From contig NZ_JAQNDL010000003.1 in the NCBI RefSeq assembly GCF_028368995.1, forward strand, positions 1,280,001-1,344,000: DNA of 64,000 nucleotides. The letters are read 5' to 3'. Of the stretch, positions 24,468-40,535 are shown piece by piece; the first letter of the stretch is position 1; every line of letters begins with the position of its first letter. The notes under the pieces were generated by a model. It was not told where the DNA came from. It saw only the letters and a program-made list of their open reading frames with translations, and did no database searches. The DNA is from Nannocystis bainbridge (GTDB lineage Bacteria > Myxococcota_A > Polyangia > Nannocystales > Nannocystaceae). Position numbers and translations under genes: made by a program.

Positions 24468-25700
24468 TTATGTCCCTTGAGGCAGCTGATCCGCCGCCGG
24501 CACCGGACACACGCTGTCGATCGCCGGCGCGACGCAGCGGGCGTCGTCCCAGCCGTCGCAGCGCAGCGCCCCGGCGCAGCGCTGGATGTCGAAGCCGCAC
24601 GGCTCGCCCTCGCCGCCGCGGGCCACGCAGACCTGGGTGGTCCAGTCGCAGCTGCTGGACAGCCCGCACACGCTCATCGGGCACGGCTCGCCGGGCCCCG
24701 GCGCCGCCACGCACTGCTCGCTGTCCGGATCGCAGGTCGCCCCGAGCGTCCCGCAGCCGAGGTACCAGTCGGCCTTGCAGGCCGCGCCCAGCGGCGCGAA
24801 CGCGCGGCAGCGGCCCGCGCCGACGTACTCCGGGTCGGCGCAGAACAGCCCCTCCTGGCAGCCGAATTCGCCGAACGGGGCGCACGCCTCACCCTCGCCG
24901 CCGAGCGGCCGACACAGGCCGCTCTGGAAGTCGCAGAAGCTGTCGGCGTCGCACGCGTCGACGCTCTGGCAGGCGCCGCCGGCCGGCCGCTGCGCCGTGC
25001 ACTGCGTGGACGCCCCGGTGTTCGGGTCGCGGTCGCAGAAGCTGCCGGGCTCGCAGCGGCTGTTGCCGTTGCAAGGCGTGCCCACGGTCAGCGACGCCAG
25101 CCGGCGGCAGCCGCCGACGCAGCAGCTGTCGGTGCACGACGGATCGAAGCCGCACACCATCTCCGCCCCCTCCTGCAGCGCGCACTCGGCCGTCAGCAGG
25201 CACGGCCCGTTCTCGACCATCGTCCCGCGCAGGATCGCGTCGCAGGCGGCCCGCCCGGCCGCTTCGGCCTCGTCGACCACGTACGAGCCCAGGAGCTCGC
25301 AGCCGCGGGCCTCGACGTAGGCCAGGCAGCTCGCCGCCGCCTCGGCGTCGAACACCAGCCGCCCCGCCGCCTCCGAGGCCCGCAGGTACGCCGTCGCCTG
25401 CCCGCCCCCGCCCTCGCCCTCGTCGAGCCGCGCCTGGGCCAGCAGCCGCGGCGGATAGACCGTGTCGAAGAACTCGACCGCGCGGCAGTCCGCCTCCGCC
25501 GCGAACGCCCCGCAGCGGACCGCCCAGCCGCAGTAGCTCGCCTCGGCCAGCTCGAAGAAGTCGGCGAACGCGATCGCCTCGGCCGCGCCGGTGTCCGTGC
25601 CCGTGCCCGTGTCGGTGTCCGTCGTCGCGGCCTGGTCGCTGCCGCACCCGAGCACCCCGACCAGGATCACGGCAGAGCACCGACGCAAAGTTAAGCGCAT
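24468..25700 (-). CDS. Cys-rich repeat lipoprotein (paralogue A)
   Basis: Lipobox LGC, 'FDAEAAASCL' and the same Cys-repeat pattern as the adjacent gene. Confidence 0.85.
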   Translation of the reverse strand: MRLTLRRCSAVILVGVLGCGSDQAATTDTDTGTGTDTGAAEAIAFADFFELAEASYCGWAVRCGAFAAEADCRAVEFFDTVYPPRLLAQARLDEGEGGGGQATAYLRASEAAGRLVFDAEAAASCLAYVEARGCELLGSYVVDEAEAAGRAACDAILRGTMVENGPCLLTAECALQEGAEMVCGFDPSCTDSCCVGGCRRLASLTVGTPCNGNSRCEPGSFCDRDPNTGASTQCTAQRPAGGACQSVDACDADSFCDFQSGLCRPLGGEGEACAPFGEFGCQEGLFCADPEYVGAGRCRAFAPLGAACKADWYLGCGTLGATCDPDSEQCVAAPGPGEPCPMSVCGLSSSCDWTTQVCVARGGEGEPCGFDIQRCAGALRCDGWDDARCVAPAIDSVCPVPAADQLPQGT

Positions 25701-25731
25701 GCCCCAAGCTACGGGCCGCCCGCGCGGCCTG

Positions 25732-26943
25732 TCAATTCGCCGGCACCGGCGCGGGCGCGGGCGCCCTCGCGGCCGCGGAACGCCGGTCTGCCAGCGCCTT
25801 GCGGGCCCCGACGGCCTCGCCGATCAGCACCGTCGCCGCGCAGCTGGCCGCCAGGCTCGAGCGGGCCCGCTCGACCGCCTTGCGCACGCAGCCCGCCAGC
25901 CTGGGATCGGCCCCCTCGACCCGGACCTGCCCGGCCCGCCCGCCGCGGTAGCTCCAGACCACCGCCACCGCCGCCCCGGCCGGCGCGCAGGCGTCGAGCG
26001 CCGCCTTGTGGGCCGCCACGCCCTCGAGCGCCTCCGCCAGCGCCAGCGGGTCGGTCTGCGGCATCCGGCACGCCAGCTCGTGCACCGTCAGGCCCGCCAT
26101 CGTCAGCGTCGGCGCCCGGCTCGTCAGCGCCACCTCGACCTTGCGCCCGCGCGACCGCTTCAGCTGGGCCGCCAGCTCGCAGCCGTCGCCGTCGCCGCCC
26201 TCGCACGCGCGCGCGAACAGGGCCGTCGCCTGGCCGACGTCGACCGCCGTGCCGACCCCGCGCAGCGCCGCCAGGCCCTGGCGCAGGCACCCCGCCGGCT
26301 GGCCGCCCGCGCACCCGCGCGCGAACAGCTCGACCGCGCGCGCGTTGTCGCCGGGCCGCCCGCCCGCCTCGTCGAAGATCAGGATGCCCGCGTTGAAGCA
26401 GCCGGTCGCGTGCCCGAGCCCGCACGCCTGCTCGAACGCCGCCGCCGCGCGGCCCGGGTCGCGCGTCGCCCCGCGACCTGTCTCGAAGAACAGCCCCGCC
26501 GTGAAGCACGCGAACGCGTCCTGCTTGGCGCACGCCAGCTCGAACATCGCCAGCGCGCGCGGCGGATCGGCCGGCACGGCGGTGCCTTCGGCCAGCATCG
26601 TCCCGACCGTCGCGCACGCCTCGGCGAAGCCGAGCCGGCACGCGCGGTCGTACAAGCCGACGGCCCGCGGCGGATCTTTCACCGCTCCGCCGACCCCGCC
26701 GCGCAGCACCCCGGCGAGGTTGGAGCAGCCGACGGCATGTCCGAGAGAACATGACCGATCGAGCAGGCGCAGCGCCTCGTCGGGGCGCTGCAGGCCGAGC
26801 GCCAGCATGCCCTCGGTGTTGCACTCGGCCGCCTCGCACTGCCGCGGCGGCTCGGCCGGCGCCGCGGTCTCCTGCGCGGCCGGGCAAGCAGCGACGAGCC
26901 ACAGGCCCGCGACCAGGGGCGAGAGACACCCGTGCGTGCGCAT
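25732..26943 (-). CDS. Sel1-like repeat lipoprotein
   Basis: Repeated A..LF..AC..G....C..LG motifs. Lipobox VAAC. Start MRTHG at 26943. Confidence 0.85.
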   Translation of the reverse strand: MRTHGCLSPLVAGLWLVAACPAAQETAAPAEPPRQCEAAECNTEGMLALGLQRPDEALRLLDRSCSLGHAVGCSNLAGVLRGGVGGAVKDPPRAVGLYDRACRLGFAEACATVGTMLAEGTAVPADPPRALAMFELACAKQDAFACFTAGLFFETGRGATRDPGRAAAAFEQACGLGHATGCFNAGILIFDEAGGRPGDNARAVELFARGCAGGQPAGCLRQGLAALRGVGTAVDVGQATALFARACEGGDGDGCELAAQLKRSRGRKVEVALTSRAPTLTMAGLTVHELACRMPQTDPLALAEALEGVAAHKAALDACAPAGAAVAVVWSYRGGRAGQVRVEGADPRLAGCVRKAVERARSSLAASCAATVLIGEAVGARKALADRRSAAARAPAPAPVPAN

Positions 26944-27175
26944 ATTTGCGCGAGGGTTGCCCACAGCCCCGGCAGCGTCAAGCCTCGGCGGGCGCGGGTG
27001 CGAGGAACACCGCCCGCGCCCGTATGCGGCCTTCGGCGCCGTCCTTGCGACAGCGCCCGCCTCACGCCCTCGCGCCCGGGATCGCCCGCCTCCGCCGCGA
27101 GCGATCTGCAGCCGTCCGCTCGTGCGGGCCGCCACGCCCGCCGCGTCGCGATCACCGGCGCTCCGCCGCGCCCCA

Positions 27176-27294
27176 AACCCTGGACAGGGACTCCATCCAT
27201 TGCGAGCTCCCCGGTTCCCCGCGCTCGTGGCTCCGCGCTCCGTCGGCGCCTGGCTCGCCGAGCGCCTCGCGGACAACCCTGGACAGGGACTCCA
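27176..27294. repeat. Exact 20-bp direct repeat AACCCTGGACAGGGACTCCA (27176-27195, 27275-27294)
   Basis: Read directly in the divergent intergenic region between the Sel1 gene and the poly-HAMP kinase. Confidence 0.8.
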
Positions 27295-27741
27295 CACTTC
27301 ATCGCCGCGAATCCCCGAGGCGCTCCGCCGCGCTTCGCCTTCCGCTGCGTCACCGCGCTTGCGGGCCTATCACCGCCGTCTCACGGTCGAGCCCGGTGGC
27401 TCGCGCGCTCGCATCGATGCCCGCACCATCGCCGTCGATCCGCGATTCGCTCGCCGCCTGCACACCGCATGTCTCTTCAGACATGTCCCTTTCGTCATGT
27501 CTGGACTGTCACACATCCCGGGCCCGGGTGTGTGCGAGCGCCACGTCGGCGTCGGGGTTCGTTCGCCCGGGCGCGCCGGCGCCTCGGGCCCCCTAACCTG
27601 CGGAATCCGCCCGAATTTCGCCTGGCATCGCGGCAGGCGCGCCTTTCATCGTCGACATGATCGAGCGGGACGCCGCCTGGCAAAGCTGCGTATCCTCCAG
27701 GGGACGCGCGGACCTTCGGGTCGCGCGCCAGGAGCCTCGAC

Positions 27742-33996
<6,255 letters not shown>

Positions 33997-34003
33997 CGGA
34001 GGC

Positions 34004-35767
34004 GTGGACATGACCGAGCGCGAAAGAGTCAACATCCTCCTCGTCGACGACCAGCCGGCCCGGCTGCTCAGCTACGAGGCCATCCTCGCGCCGCTCGAGC
34101 AGAACCTGGTGCGCGCGTCGTCCGGCGTCGAGGCGCTGCAGCGGCTGCTCAAGGAGGAGTACGCCGTGATCCTCCTCGACGTCAGCATGCCGGAGATGGA
34201 CGGCTTCGAGACCGCGGCGATGATCCACCAGCACCCGCGGTTCGAGCGGACGCCGATCATCTTCGTCACCGGCCACAACATCACCGACCTCGACGCGCTC
34301 CGCGGCTACGAGCTCGGCGCGGTCGACTACGTGTACGTGCCGATCGTGCCGGAGATCCTGCGCGGCAAGGTGTCGGTGCTGGTCGAGCTGCACCTCAAGC
34401 GCCAGGAGTTGGTGCGGGCCAACCGCTCGCTCGAGCAGGCCAACGCCCAGCTCGCGCTCGCCAACTCCAACCTGCAAGCCGAGAAGACCCGCGAGCTCGA
34501 GCAGCTCAACGCGGTGCTCGAGCGCGCCAACGCCGGCCTCGCCGCGGCCAACGGCACCCTCGCCGCCGAGATCACCGAGCGCCAGCGGGCCGAGGAGGCG
34601 CTGCGCCACACTCACGCCCAGCTGCGCGAGGCCGACCGCCAGAAGGACGAGTTCCTGGCCATGCTGGCCCACGAGCTGCGCAACCCGCTGGCCCCGATCC
34701 ACAGCGCCGTCGAGCTGATGGGCGTCAAGGAGATCGACGATCCCGAGGTCCGCTGGTGCCGCGACGTGATCGAGCGCCAGACCGAGCAGCTGCACCGCCT
34801 GGTCGACGACCTGCTCGACGTCTCGCGCATCACCCAGGGCAAGATCAAGCTGCAGAGCGCCCCGCTCGAGGTCGCGGCGGTGATCAGCCGCGCGCTCGAG
34901 ACGACCCGCCCGCTGATCGAGACCCGCCGCCACCGGCTCGACGTCGGCGTGCCCGAGGAGCCGATCTGGATCGAGGGCGACCGCACGCGCCTGACCCAGG
35001 TGGTCGGCAACCTGCTCAACAACGCCGCCAAGTACACCCCGGAGGGCGGGCAGATCCGCCTCACGGTCGAGCTCGCCGGCCCGACCACGCAGGTGCTGAT
35101 CCGCGTCGCCGACTCGGGCACCGGGATCTCCGGCGAGATGCTGCCCAAGGTGTTCGAGCTGTTCACGCAGGTCGACCGCACCGTCCACCAGGCCCAGGGC
35201 GGCCTCGGCATCGGCCTCGCGCTGGTGCGCCGCCTGGTCGAGCTGCACGGCGGCTCGGTGGCCGCCCACAGCGAGGGCCCCGGCAAGGGCAGCGAGTTCA
35301 CGGTCCACCTGCCGCTCCTGCGCCGCGAGGCCGCCAGCGAGGCCGCGGACGCCCACGCCGCCCCGGAGCCGAAGCGGACCAGCCGCCGCGTGCTGGTGGT
35401 CGACGACAACGTCGACGCCGCGCTCAGCCTGGCCGGCCTGCTCAAGGTGTCCGGCAACATCGTCGAGACCGCTTACGACGGCCAGCAGGGCATCGACGTG
35501 GCCGACCGATTCCGCCCCGAGGTCATCTTCCTCGACCTCGGCATGCCCAAGCTGGACGGCTTCGGCGCCGCCTCGTGGATCCGCTCGCAACCGTGGGCCG
35601 CCGACGTGCTCCTGATCGCGGTCACGGGGTGGGGTCAGGAGGACGTGCGTACGCGGACTCAGCAGTCGGGGTTCGACGCCCACCTGGTCAAGCCGGTCAA
35701 CTTCGCCAAGCTCACCCGCCTGATGGACCAGCACCGCGGCGGCGCCGGGCGAAAGAGCGTCGGGTGA
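34004..35767 (+). CDS. REC-coiled coil-HisKA-HATPase-REC hybrid kinase
   Basis: N-terminal ILLVDD/LDVSMP, AHELRNPL, NLLNNAAKY, GGLGIGL and a C-terminal REC. Confidence 0.93.
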   Translation: MDMTERERVNILLVDDQPARLLSYEAILAPLEQNLVRASSGVEALQRLLKEEYAVILLDVSMPEMDGFETAAMIHQHPRFERTPIIFVTGHNITDLDALRGYELGAVDYVYVPIVPEILRGKVSVLVELHLKRQELVRANRSLEQANAQLALANSNLQAEKTRELEQLNAVLERANAGLAAANGTLAAEITERQRAEEALRHTHAQLREADRQKDEFLAMLAHELRNPLAPIHSAVELMGVKEIDDPEVRWCRDVIERQTEQLHRLVDDLLDVSRITQGKIKLQSAPLEVAAVISRALETTRPLIETRRHRLDVGVPEEPIWIEGDRTRLTQVVGNLLNNAAKYTPEGGQIRLTVELAGPTTQVLIRVADSGTGISGEMLPKVFELFTQVDRTVHQAQGGLGIGLALVRRLVELHGGSVAAHSEGPGKGSEFTVHLPLLRREAASEAADAHAAPEPKRTSRRVLVVDDNVDAALSLAGLLKVSGNIVETAYDGQQGIDVADRFRPEVIFLDLGMPKLDGFGAASWIRSQPWAADVLLIAVTGWGQEDVRTRTQQSGFDAHLVKPVNFAKLTRLMDQHRGGAGRKSVG

Positions 35768-35960
35768 CGGCGCTCGCGCTCGCTGGCGGGCCTCGGGTCT
35801 GTCCCCAGAGACAGGCTCGGTTCCTGTCTCCGGAGACAGCTCGGACGGCCGTCCGCCGGGGCCCGGGCCCGCGCGCGGTCGCCCGCGTCAATGGCGCACT
35901 GCAGTACCGTGTTTTCTCGACTATTGAGGGATTTCCCTGGCCGAGGTAGCAATCTTGCGC

Positions 35961-36566
35961 ATGGCCGCACCACCCCGTCCTCCCCGCGACGACGATCCGC
36001 GCTCGGAGCCGTGGGTGTCGATCGACGAAGTCGCCGCCCACCTCGGGGTGCGCAAGGACTCGATCTACCGCTGGATCGAGCGCCGCGGCCTGCCGGCGCA
36101 GAAGATCGGCAAGCTGTGGAAGTTGAAACTTTCGGAGGTCGACAAGTGGATGCTGGCCGAGGGCCAGCGCCGCTCGGAGACGCCGGGACAGCACCCGGCG
36201 ACGGCTGCGCCGCGTGACTACGTGTTGGTCGTCGACGACGACGAGGTGGTCCGCGAGTCGCTGCGCGACTTCCTGGTCGACGAGGGCTACGGCGTGCTGG
36301 CCGCCGCCGACGGCCTGGAGGCGTTCGAGCTGCTGGCCGCCCCGGCGACGCCGCTGCCCGCCGTCATCGTGCTCGACCTCAAGATGCCGCGCATGGGCGG
36401 CCAGGAGTTCCGCGAGGTCAAGGCCCGCGACCCTCGCCTGGCCCCGATCCCGGTGCTGCTGGTGACGGCCGAGCGGCGCGTCGACGCCGGCGGCGCCATC
36501 GTCCTGCGCAAGCCGATCGAGCTCGGCGCGCTGCGCGACGCGCTGCGCAAATTGCTGGGCCGCTGA
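35961..36566 (+). CDS. Excisionase-like (HTH_17) DNA-binding domain fused to a C-terminal receiver
   Basis: WVSIDEVAAHLGV..DSIYRWI....LPA.KIGKLW, then VLVVDDD...VLDLKMP...KP. Confidence 0.88.
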   Translation: MAAPPRPPRDDDPRSEPWVSIDEVAAHLGVRKDSIYRWIERRGLPAQKIGKLWKLKLSEVDKWMLAEGQRRSETPGQHPATAAPRDYVLVVDDDEVVRESLRDFLVDEGYGVLAAADGLEAFELLAAPATPLPAVIVLDLKMPRMGGQEFREVKARDPRLAPIPVLLVTAERRVDAGGAIVLRKPIELGALRDALRKLLGR

Positions 36567-36610
36567 GACCACCATGAGCCGCACCGCCGAGCGCCGCTGA
36601 GGAAGAGACC

Positions 36611-37684
36611 ATGAGCCGCACCGCCGACGACGACACCCGCACCGCCGAGCGCCGCTTCGCCGCGCTGACGCAGGCGTCCGGCCAGGCCGTATGGCGGGTC
36701 GCGGCCGACGGCGCCCGACCGCTCGAGGACTCGCCGGGCTGGCGCGCGCTGACCGGCGTGAGCCGCGAGCAATGGCTCGAGCGCGGCGTGCTCGCCGGTG
36801 TGCCGGCCGGCGACCGCGACCGCGTCGAGGCGGCCGTGCGCGCCGCCTTCGCGGCCGGCGTCGCGTGGGACCTCGAGGTCCGCCTGCAGCGCCCCGACGG
36901 CCACCTCGGGTGGGCGCTGCTGCGCGCCGCGCCGGTGGAAGGCCCGCGCGGCGAGCGGGTCGAATGGGTCGGCACCGTCGCCGACATCCAGCGCCGCAAG
37001 GACGTCGACTCGTTCCGCGACATGATGACGGGGATCCTCGGGCACGACCTGCGCAACCCGCTGAACGCGATGATGGTCTCGGCCCAGCTGGCCCACCTGC
37101 GCGCGCGCGAGGAGCCGGTCCGCACCCCGCTCGAGCGCGTGCTCGCCAGCGGCGAGCGCATGGGCCGGCTCATCGATCAGCTGCTCGACCTGACGCTGAC
37201 GCGCCTGGGCGGCGGGCTCGTCGTCAACCCGGTCGCGGCCGACCTGCGAGAGATCGTCGAGCAGGCGCTCGAGGACCTGCCGGCCGCGAAGCCGCGGATC
37301 CGCTTCGACGCCGTCGGCGACCTGCGCGGCACCTGGGACTTCGACCGCCTGCAGCAGGTCGTCACCATCCTGCTCGGCAACGCCGTCGATCACGGCGCCC
37401 CCGGCACGCCGATCTCCGTCCGCGCTGTCGGCGAGGCCGAAGCCGCCGTCGAGCTGATGATCCACAACCACGGCCCCGCCGTGCCCGAGAGCGTGCGCGA
37501 GGCGGTGTTCGAGCCGTTCCGCCGCACCGACCCGGCCCGCCGCCACGGCGCCCGCGCGCTCGGCCTCGGCCTGTTCGTGAGCCGCCAGCTGGTGCTCGCC
37601 CACGGCGGCACGATCGCGTTCGAGTCGAGCGACGCCGGCGGCAACCTGATGCACGTGCACCTGCCCCGCCGGCCCCCGGCGTGA
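36611..37684 (+). CDS. PAS sensor histidine kinase
   Basis: PAS/PAC (W..LTG...RPDG..W....WVG...DI), GHDLRNPL, LLGNAVDH and LGLGL. Confidence 0.88.
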   Translation: MSRTADDDTRTAERRFAALTQASGQAVWRVAADGARPLEDSPGWRALTGVSREQWLERGVLAGVPAGDRDRVEAAVRAAFAAGVAWDLEVRLQRPDGHLGWALLRAAPVEGPRGERVEWVGTVADIQRRKDVDSFRDMMTGILGHDLRNPLNAMMVSAQLAHLRAREEPVRTPLERVLASGERMGRLIDQLLDLTLTRLGGGLVVNPVAADLREIVEQALEDLPAAKPRIRFDAVGDLRGTWDFDRLQQVVTILLGNAVDHGAPGTPISVRAVGEAEAAVELMIHNHGPAVPESVREAVFEPFRRTDPARRHGARALGLGLFVSRQLVLAHGGTIAFESSDAGGNLMHVHLPRRPPA

Positions 37685-38415
37685 CGAAGCGTGACGGGTG
37701 ACGTGACCCGCGGCGCCGCGTGACGGCGTCGCTACGCGGCTGACGCTGGCGCATGATGTGTCGGGGCGGCGCTGTATAACGGCGCCCCATGGAGCATCGC
37801 CATACTGCTTGAAGCGCAGCATGGCGTGTCGAGGCAAGCTGCGTGAGTGCGTCGCATGAAGTGTTGCGGCGACGCTGCGTAGCGGCAGCGCATGCTGTGT
37901 CGCGGCGACGCAGTGTTGCGGCAGCGCATGCTGTGTCGCGGCGACGCTGTGTTGCGGCAGCGCAGTCGCGGCGACGCTGCATGAAGGCGGCGCATGAACT
38001 TTCGGCGACGCTTCGTGAATGCGTCGCATGACGTGTCGCAATGCTGCGCGACGGCGTCGCATGAAGTATCGGCGGCGCTGCGTGAATGCGCCGCATGACG
38101 TGTCGCAGCGATCTGCGAGACGGCGTCGCATGAAGTATTGCGGCGGCCCTGTGTGGCGGCATCGCAGGCGTGTAGCGACGTGCTGCATGATGGCGTCGCA
38201 TGACGTCTCGCAGCGATCTGCGAGACGGCGTCGCATGAAGTATTGCGGGCGGCCCTGCGTGGCGGCATCGCAGGGCGTGTAGCGACGTGCTGCATGACGG
38301 CCTCGCATGAAGTATCGCGGCGGCCCCGCGTGACCGCGTCCCATGAGGTGCCGCGGCGACGCTGCGTGACGGCGTCCCATGACGTCTCGCGGTGACGCTG
38401 CGTGAACCCGCGACG
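37681..38415. repeat. Degenerate tandem array of about 20 ~35-36-bp units
   Basis: Consensus approx. GCGTCGCATGAMGTRTCGCGGCGACGCTGCGTGACG. CATG anchors at about 37752, 37788, 37820, 37855, 37891, 37927, 37993, 38027, 38060, 38094, 38129, 38199, 38234, 38306, 38342 and 38378. Confidence 0.85.
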
Positions 38416-38689
38416 CCTTTGCGCGCCGCGGCGCGACGCTTCGACCGCGGCGAGGCAACCCGCCTCGCGGAACTCTCCCTCGCGCGCCCATCGACCCCGC
38501 TCATCCCCCGGACCGCCCGCCCATCGGCGAGCACGGGCACTCGCGCGCCCCCGGGCGAGCGGACGGGTGGTCGCCGCCACTGTCCGGCGCCTCGCTGCGA
38601 TTTTGTGGCTGGCGGGGCGCTCCCACTCGCCAATGGGAGCACCGCGGGCCTGCAGCCGGCTTTCCTGCGGCCTGAGCGGCAGTTCTCGG

Positions 38690-38920
38690 CCATTCGTCTC
38701 GCAAAACAATGATTTCCCCGATAACAAAATCAGTTTTAGCCCGTCCTCTCGCCGCCATGAAACTGGGTCTCAGTCGGTCACAGTCGGTAAAAGTCGAAGA
38801 AAAACAGCGCATACTTCGCAGTTAACGTCGTTATTGATGCGATCTTGATGCGTTTGGCCGCTCTCCTGACGTCCTCTTGATCCGATCATTGCGAATCTAT
38901 TGGAGGTCAGACGAGGGGTC
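38690..38920 (+). promoter_or_regulatory. AT-rich promoter/leader region of the sigma factor gene
   Basis: Marked drop in GC (e.g. GCAAAACAATGATTT, ATAACAAAATCAGTTTT, GTTATTGATGCGATCTTGATG) just upstream of the gene. Confidence 0.55.
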
Positions 38921-38924
38921 CACA

Positions 38925-40169
38925 ATGCTCAATCGAATCACCGCTTCCGGGAATGCTTGCACTGTCACTTCGGCGCCGATGGGTGGTGCGACGACCGCGC
39001 GTTACTTCCGCGAGCTCGCGGACGTGACGGTGATGGGCAAGGACGAGGAGCTGGTCGCGGCGACGCGCCTCATCGAGCTGCGCAAGACCATGTGGGCCGC
39101 CTTCCTCGCCTACCCGCCGTTCGTCTCGGCGATCTGCGCCCTGGTGGCCGAGCGCCTGTCGGCCGAGTCGGTCCCGCCGGCCGTGCTCGAGGCGGTCGAG
39201 AAGACCTCGCGCGCCCTCCGCGACCGCGTCCTCAAGAGCCACGAGGAGGCCTTCACCGCCGCGCGCAACGCCCTCATCGAGCGCCTCGTGTTCGCCGACG
39301 TCGACAGCGTGGTGGCTGACTCGATCCTCGCCGACCTCACCGGGCTCGAGAGCGACCGCGGCGTCGCCACCAACATGAAGGTCAAGCCCCCGTACCGCGA
39401 CAGCGCCCCGTTCGTCCGCTACGTCGCGGCCGCCCGCCGGGCCCACAGCGCGGTGATGCTGGCCAAGAACGCGTTCGTGCGCTCCAACCTCCGCCTCGTG
39501 GTCGCCATCGCCCGCCGCTTCGCCCGCAGCTCGATCCCGCTGCAGGACCTGATCCAGGACGGCAACATGGGCCTGATGAAGGCCGTCGACCGCTTCGACC
39601 CGACCCGCGGCTGCCGCTTCGCCACCTACGCCGCCTGGTGGATCCGCTACGCCATCACCCGCGCCATCGTCGACACCGACCGCAGCGTCCGCCTGCCCCT
39701 GCACATGATCGACGCGTGCAAGAAGGTCAGCCGCGCCCGCCGCGAGTACGAGGTGATGTACGGCCGCTGCCCGACCGACGAGGAGCTGTCCTCGGCCACC
39801 GGCATCAGCATGGAGCGCATCCAGCGGATGAGCTGGTCGCTGATCGACCAGCCGCTGAGCCTCTCGCTGCCGGCCACCCGCGACGGCGAGGGCAGCCTGG
39901 CCGACACCCTGGTCGACGCGACCCTGGTCGCCCCGTCCGAGCTGATGGACTCGGCCGTCCTCCAGGACGCCCTGCTCGAGGTGTTCGAGAAGCTGTCGCC
40001 GATGGAGGCCGACATCCTGCGCAAGCGCGTCGGCATGGACGGCGAGCCCGAGCTCACCCTCAAGGAGATCGGCGCCAACTACTCGCTGTCGCGCGAGCGC
40101 ATCCGTCAGCTGCAGGAGCAGGCCCTGCGCAAGCTCCGCTCGGAGTTCGAGCGCCGCCAGCTGATGTAA
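38925..40169 (+). CDS. Sigma-70 family (RpoD/RpoS-like, alternative) RNA polymerase sigma factor
   Basis: Region 1.2 (RYFREL), region 2 (SNLRLVVAIA, DLIQDGNMGLMKAVDRFD, FATYAAWWIR), region 3 and region 4 (TLKEIG...LSRERIRQL). No region 1.1. Confidence 0.93.
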   Translation: MLNRITASGNACTVTSAPMGGATTARYFRELADVTVMGKDEELVAATRLIELRKTMWAAFLAYPPFVSAICALVAERLSAESVPPAVLEAVEKTSRALRDRVLKSHEEAFTAARNALIERLVFADVDSVVADSILADLTGLESDRGVATNMKVKPPYRDSAPFVRYVAAARRAHSAVMLAKNAFVRSNLRLVVAIARRFARSSIPLQDLIQDGNMGLMKAVDRFDPTRGCRFATYAAWWIRYAITRAIVDTDRSVRLPLHMIDACKKVSRARREYEVMYGRCPTDEELSSATGISMERIQRMSWSLIDQPLSLSLPATRDGEGSLADTLVDATLVAPSELMDSAVLQDALLEVFEKLSPMEADILRKRVGMDGEPELTLKEIGANYSLSRERIRQLQEQALRKLRSEFERRQLM

Positions 40170-40535
40170 TCACAATAGCGACTCCCTGCTGAACCCGTCT
40201 GATACGACCCCCGACCCCGAGCCGATCGCCCCAACCCCTGGGCGATCGGCTCGCGTCATTTTTGGGTCACCGTCGACCGTCGGCCGCTGCGCTCGCGCTC
40301 GCTTCGCCGGGGCGCCGACGGGTGACCGGCGCACCGCCCGTCCGCAGCCAGCGGGCCGCCGGCAGGGGCGGCCCTTGAGCCCGCTATTCCGACTTTCGGC
40401 GCCCCCGCCGACCCTGGTGGACCGACGTGACATAGCCGAGCCCGGTGAGCGGACTTTCGAGGTTGCCGCTCGCACGCCGCCAGCCCTAAACTGGCGGGGC
40501 CGGGCTGCGCTCGGCACGCCCGAGTCGGCAAGCAC

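Noticed and set aside
35961-36150. Prophage/ICE excisionase
   Set aside because: Fused to a receiver domain, with no integrase, att site or phage genes in the window.
37681-38415. CRISPR array
   Set aside because: The ~36-bp units are contiguous and degenerate, with no unique spacers and no cas genes in the window.
36287-38727. Long minus-strand ORFs across the 36-bp array
   Set aside because: They are repeat-derived low-complexity translations, overlap real genes, and the units have frame-breaking length variation.
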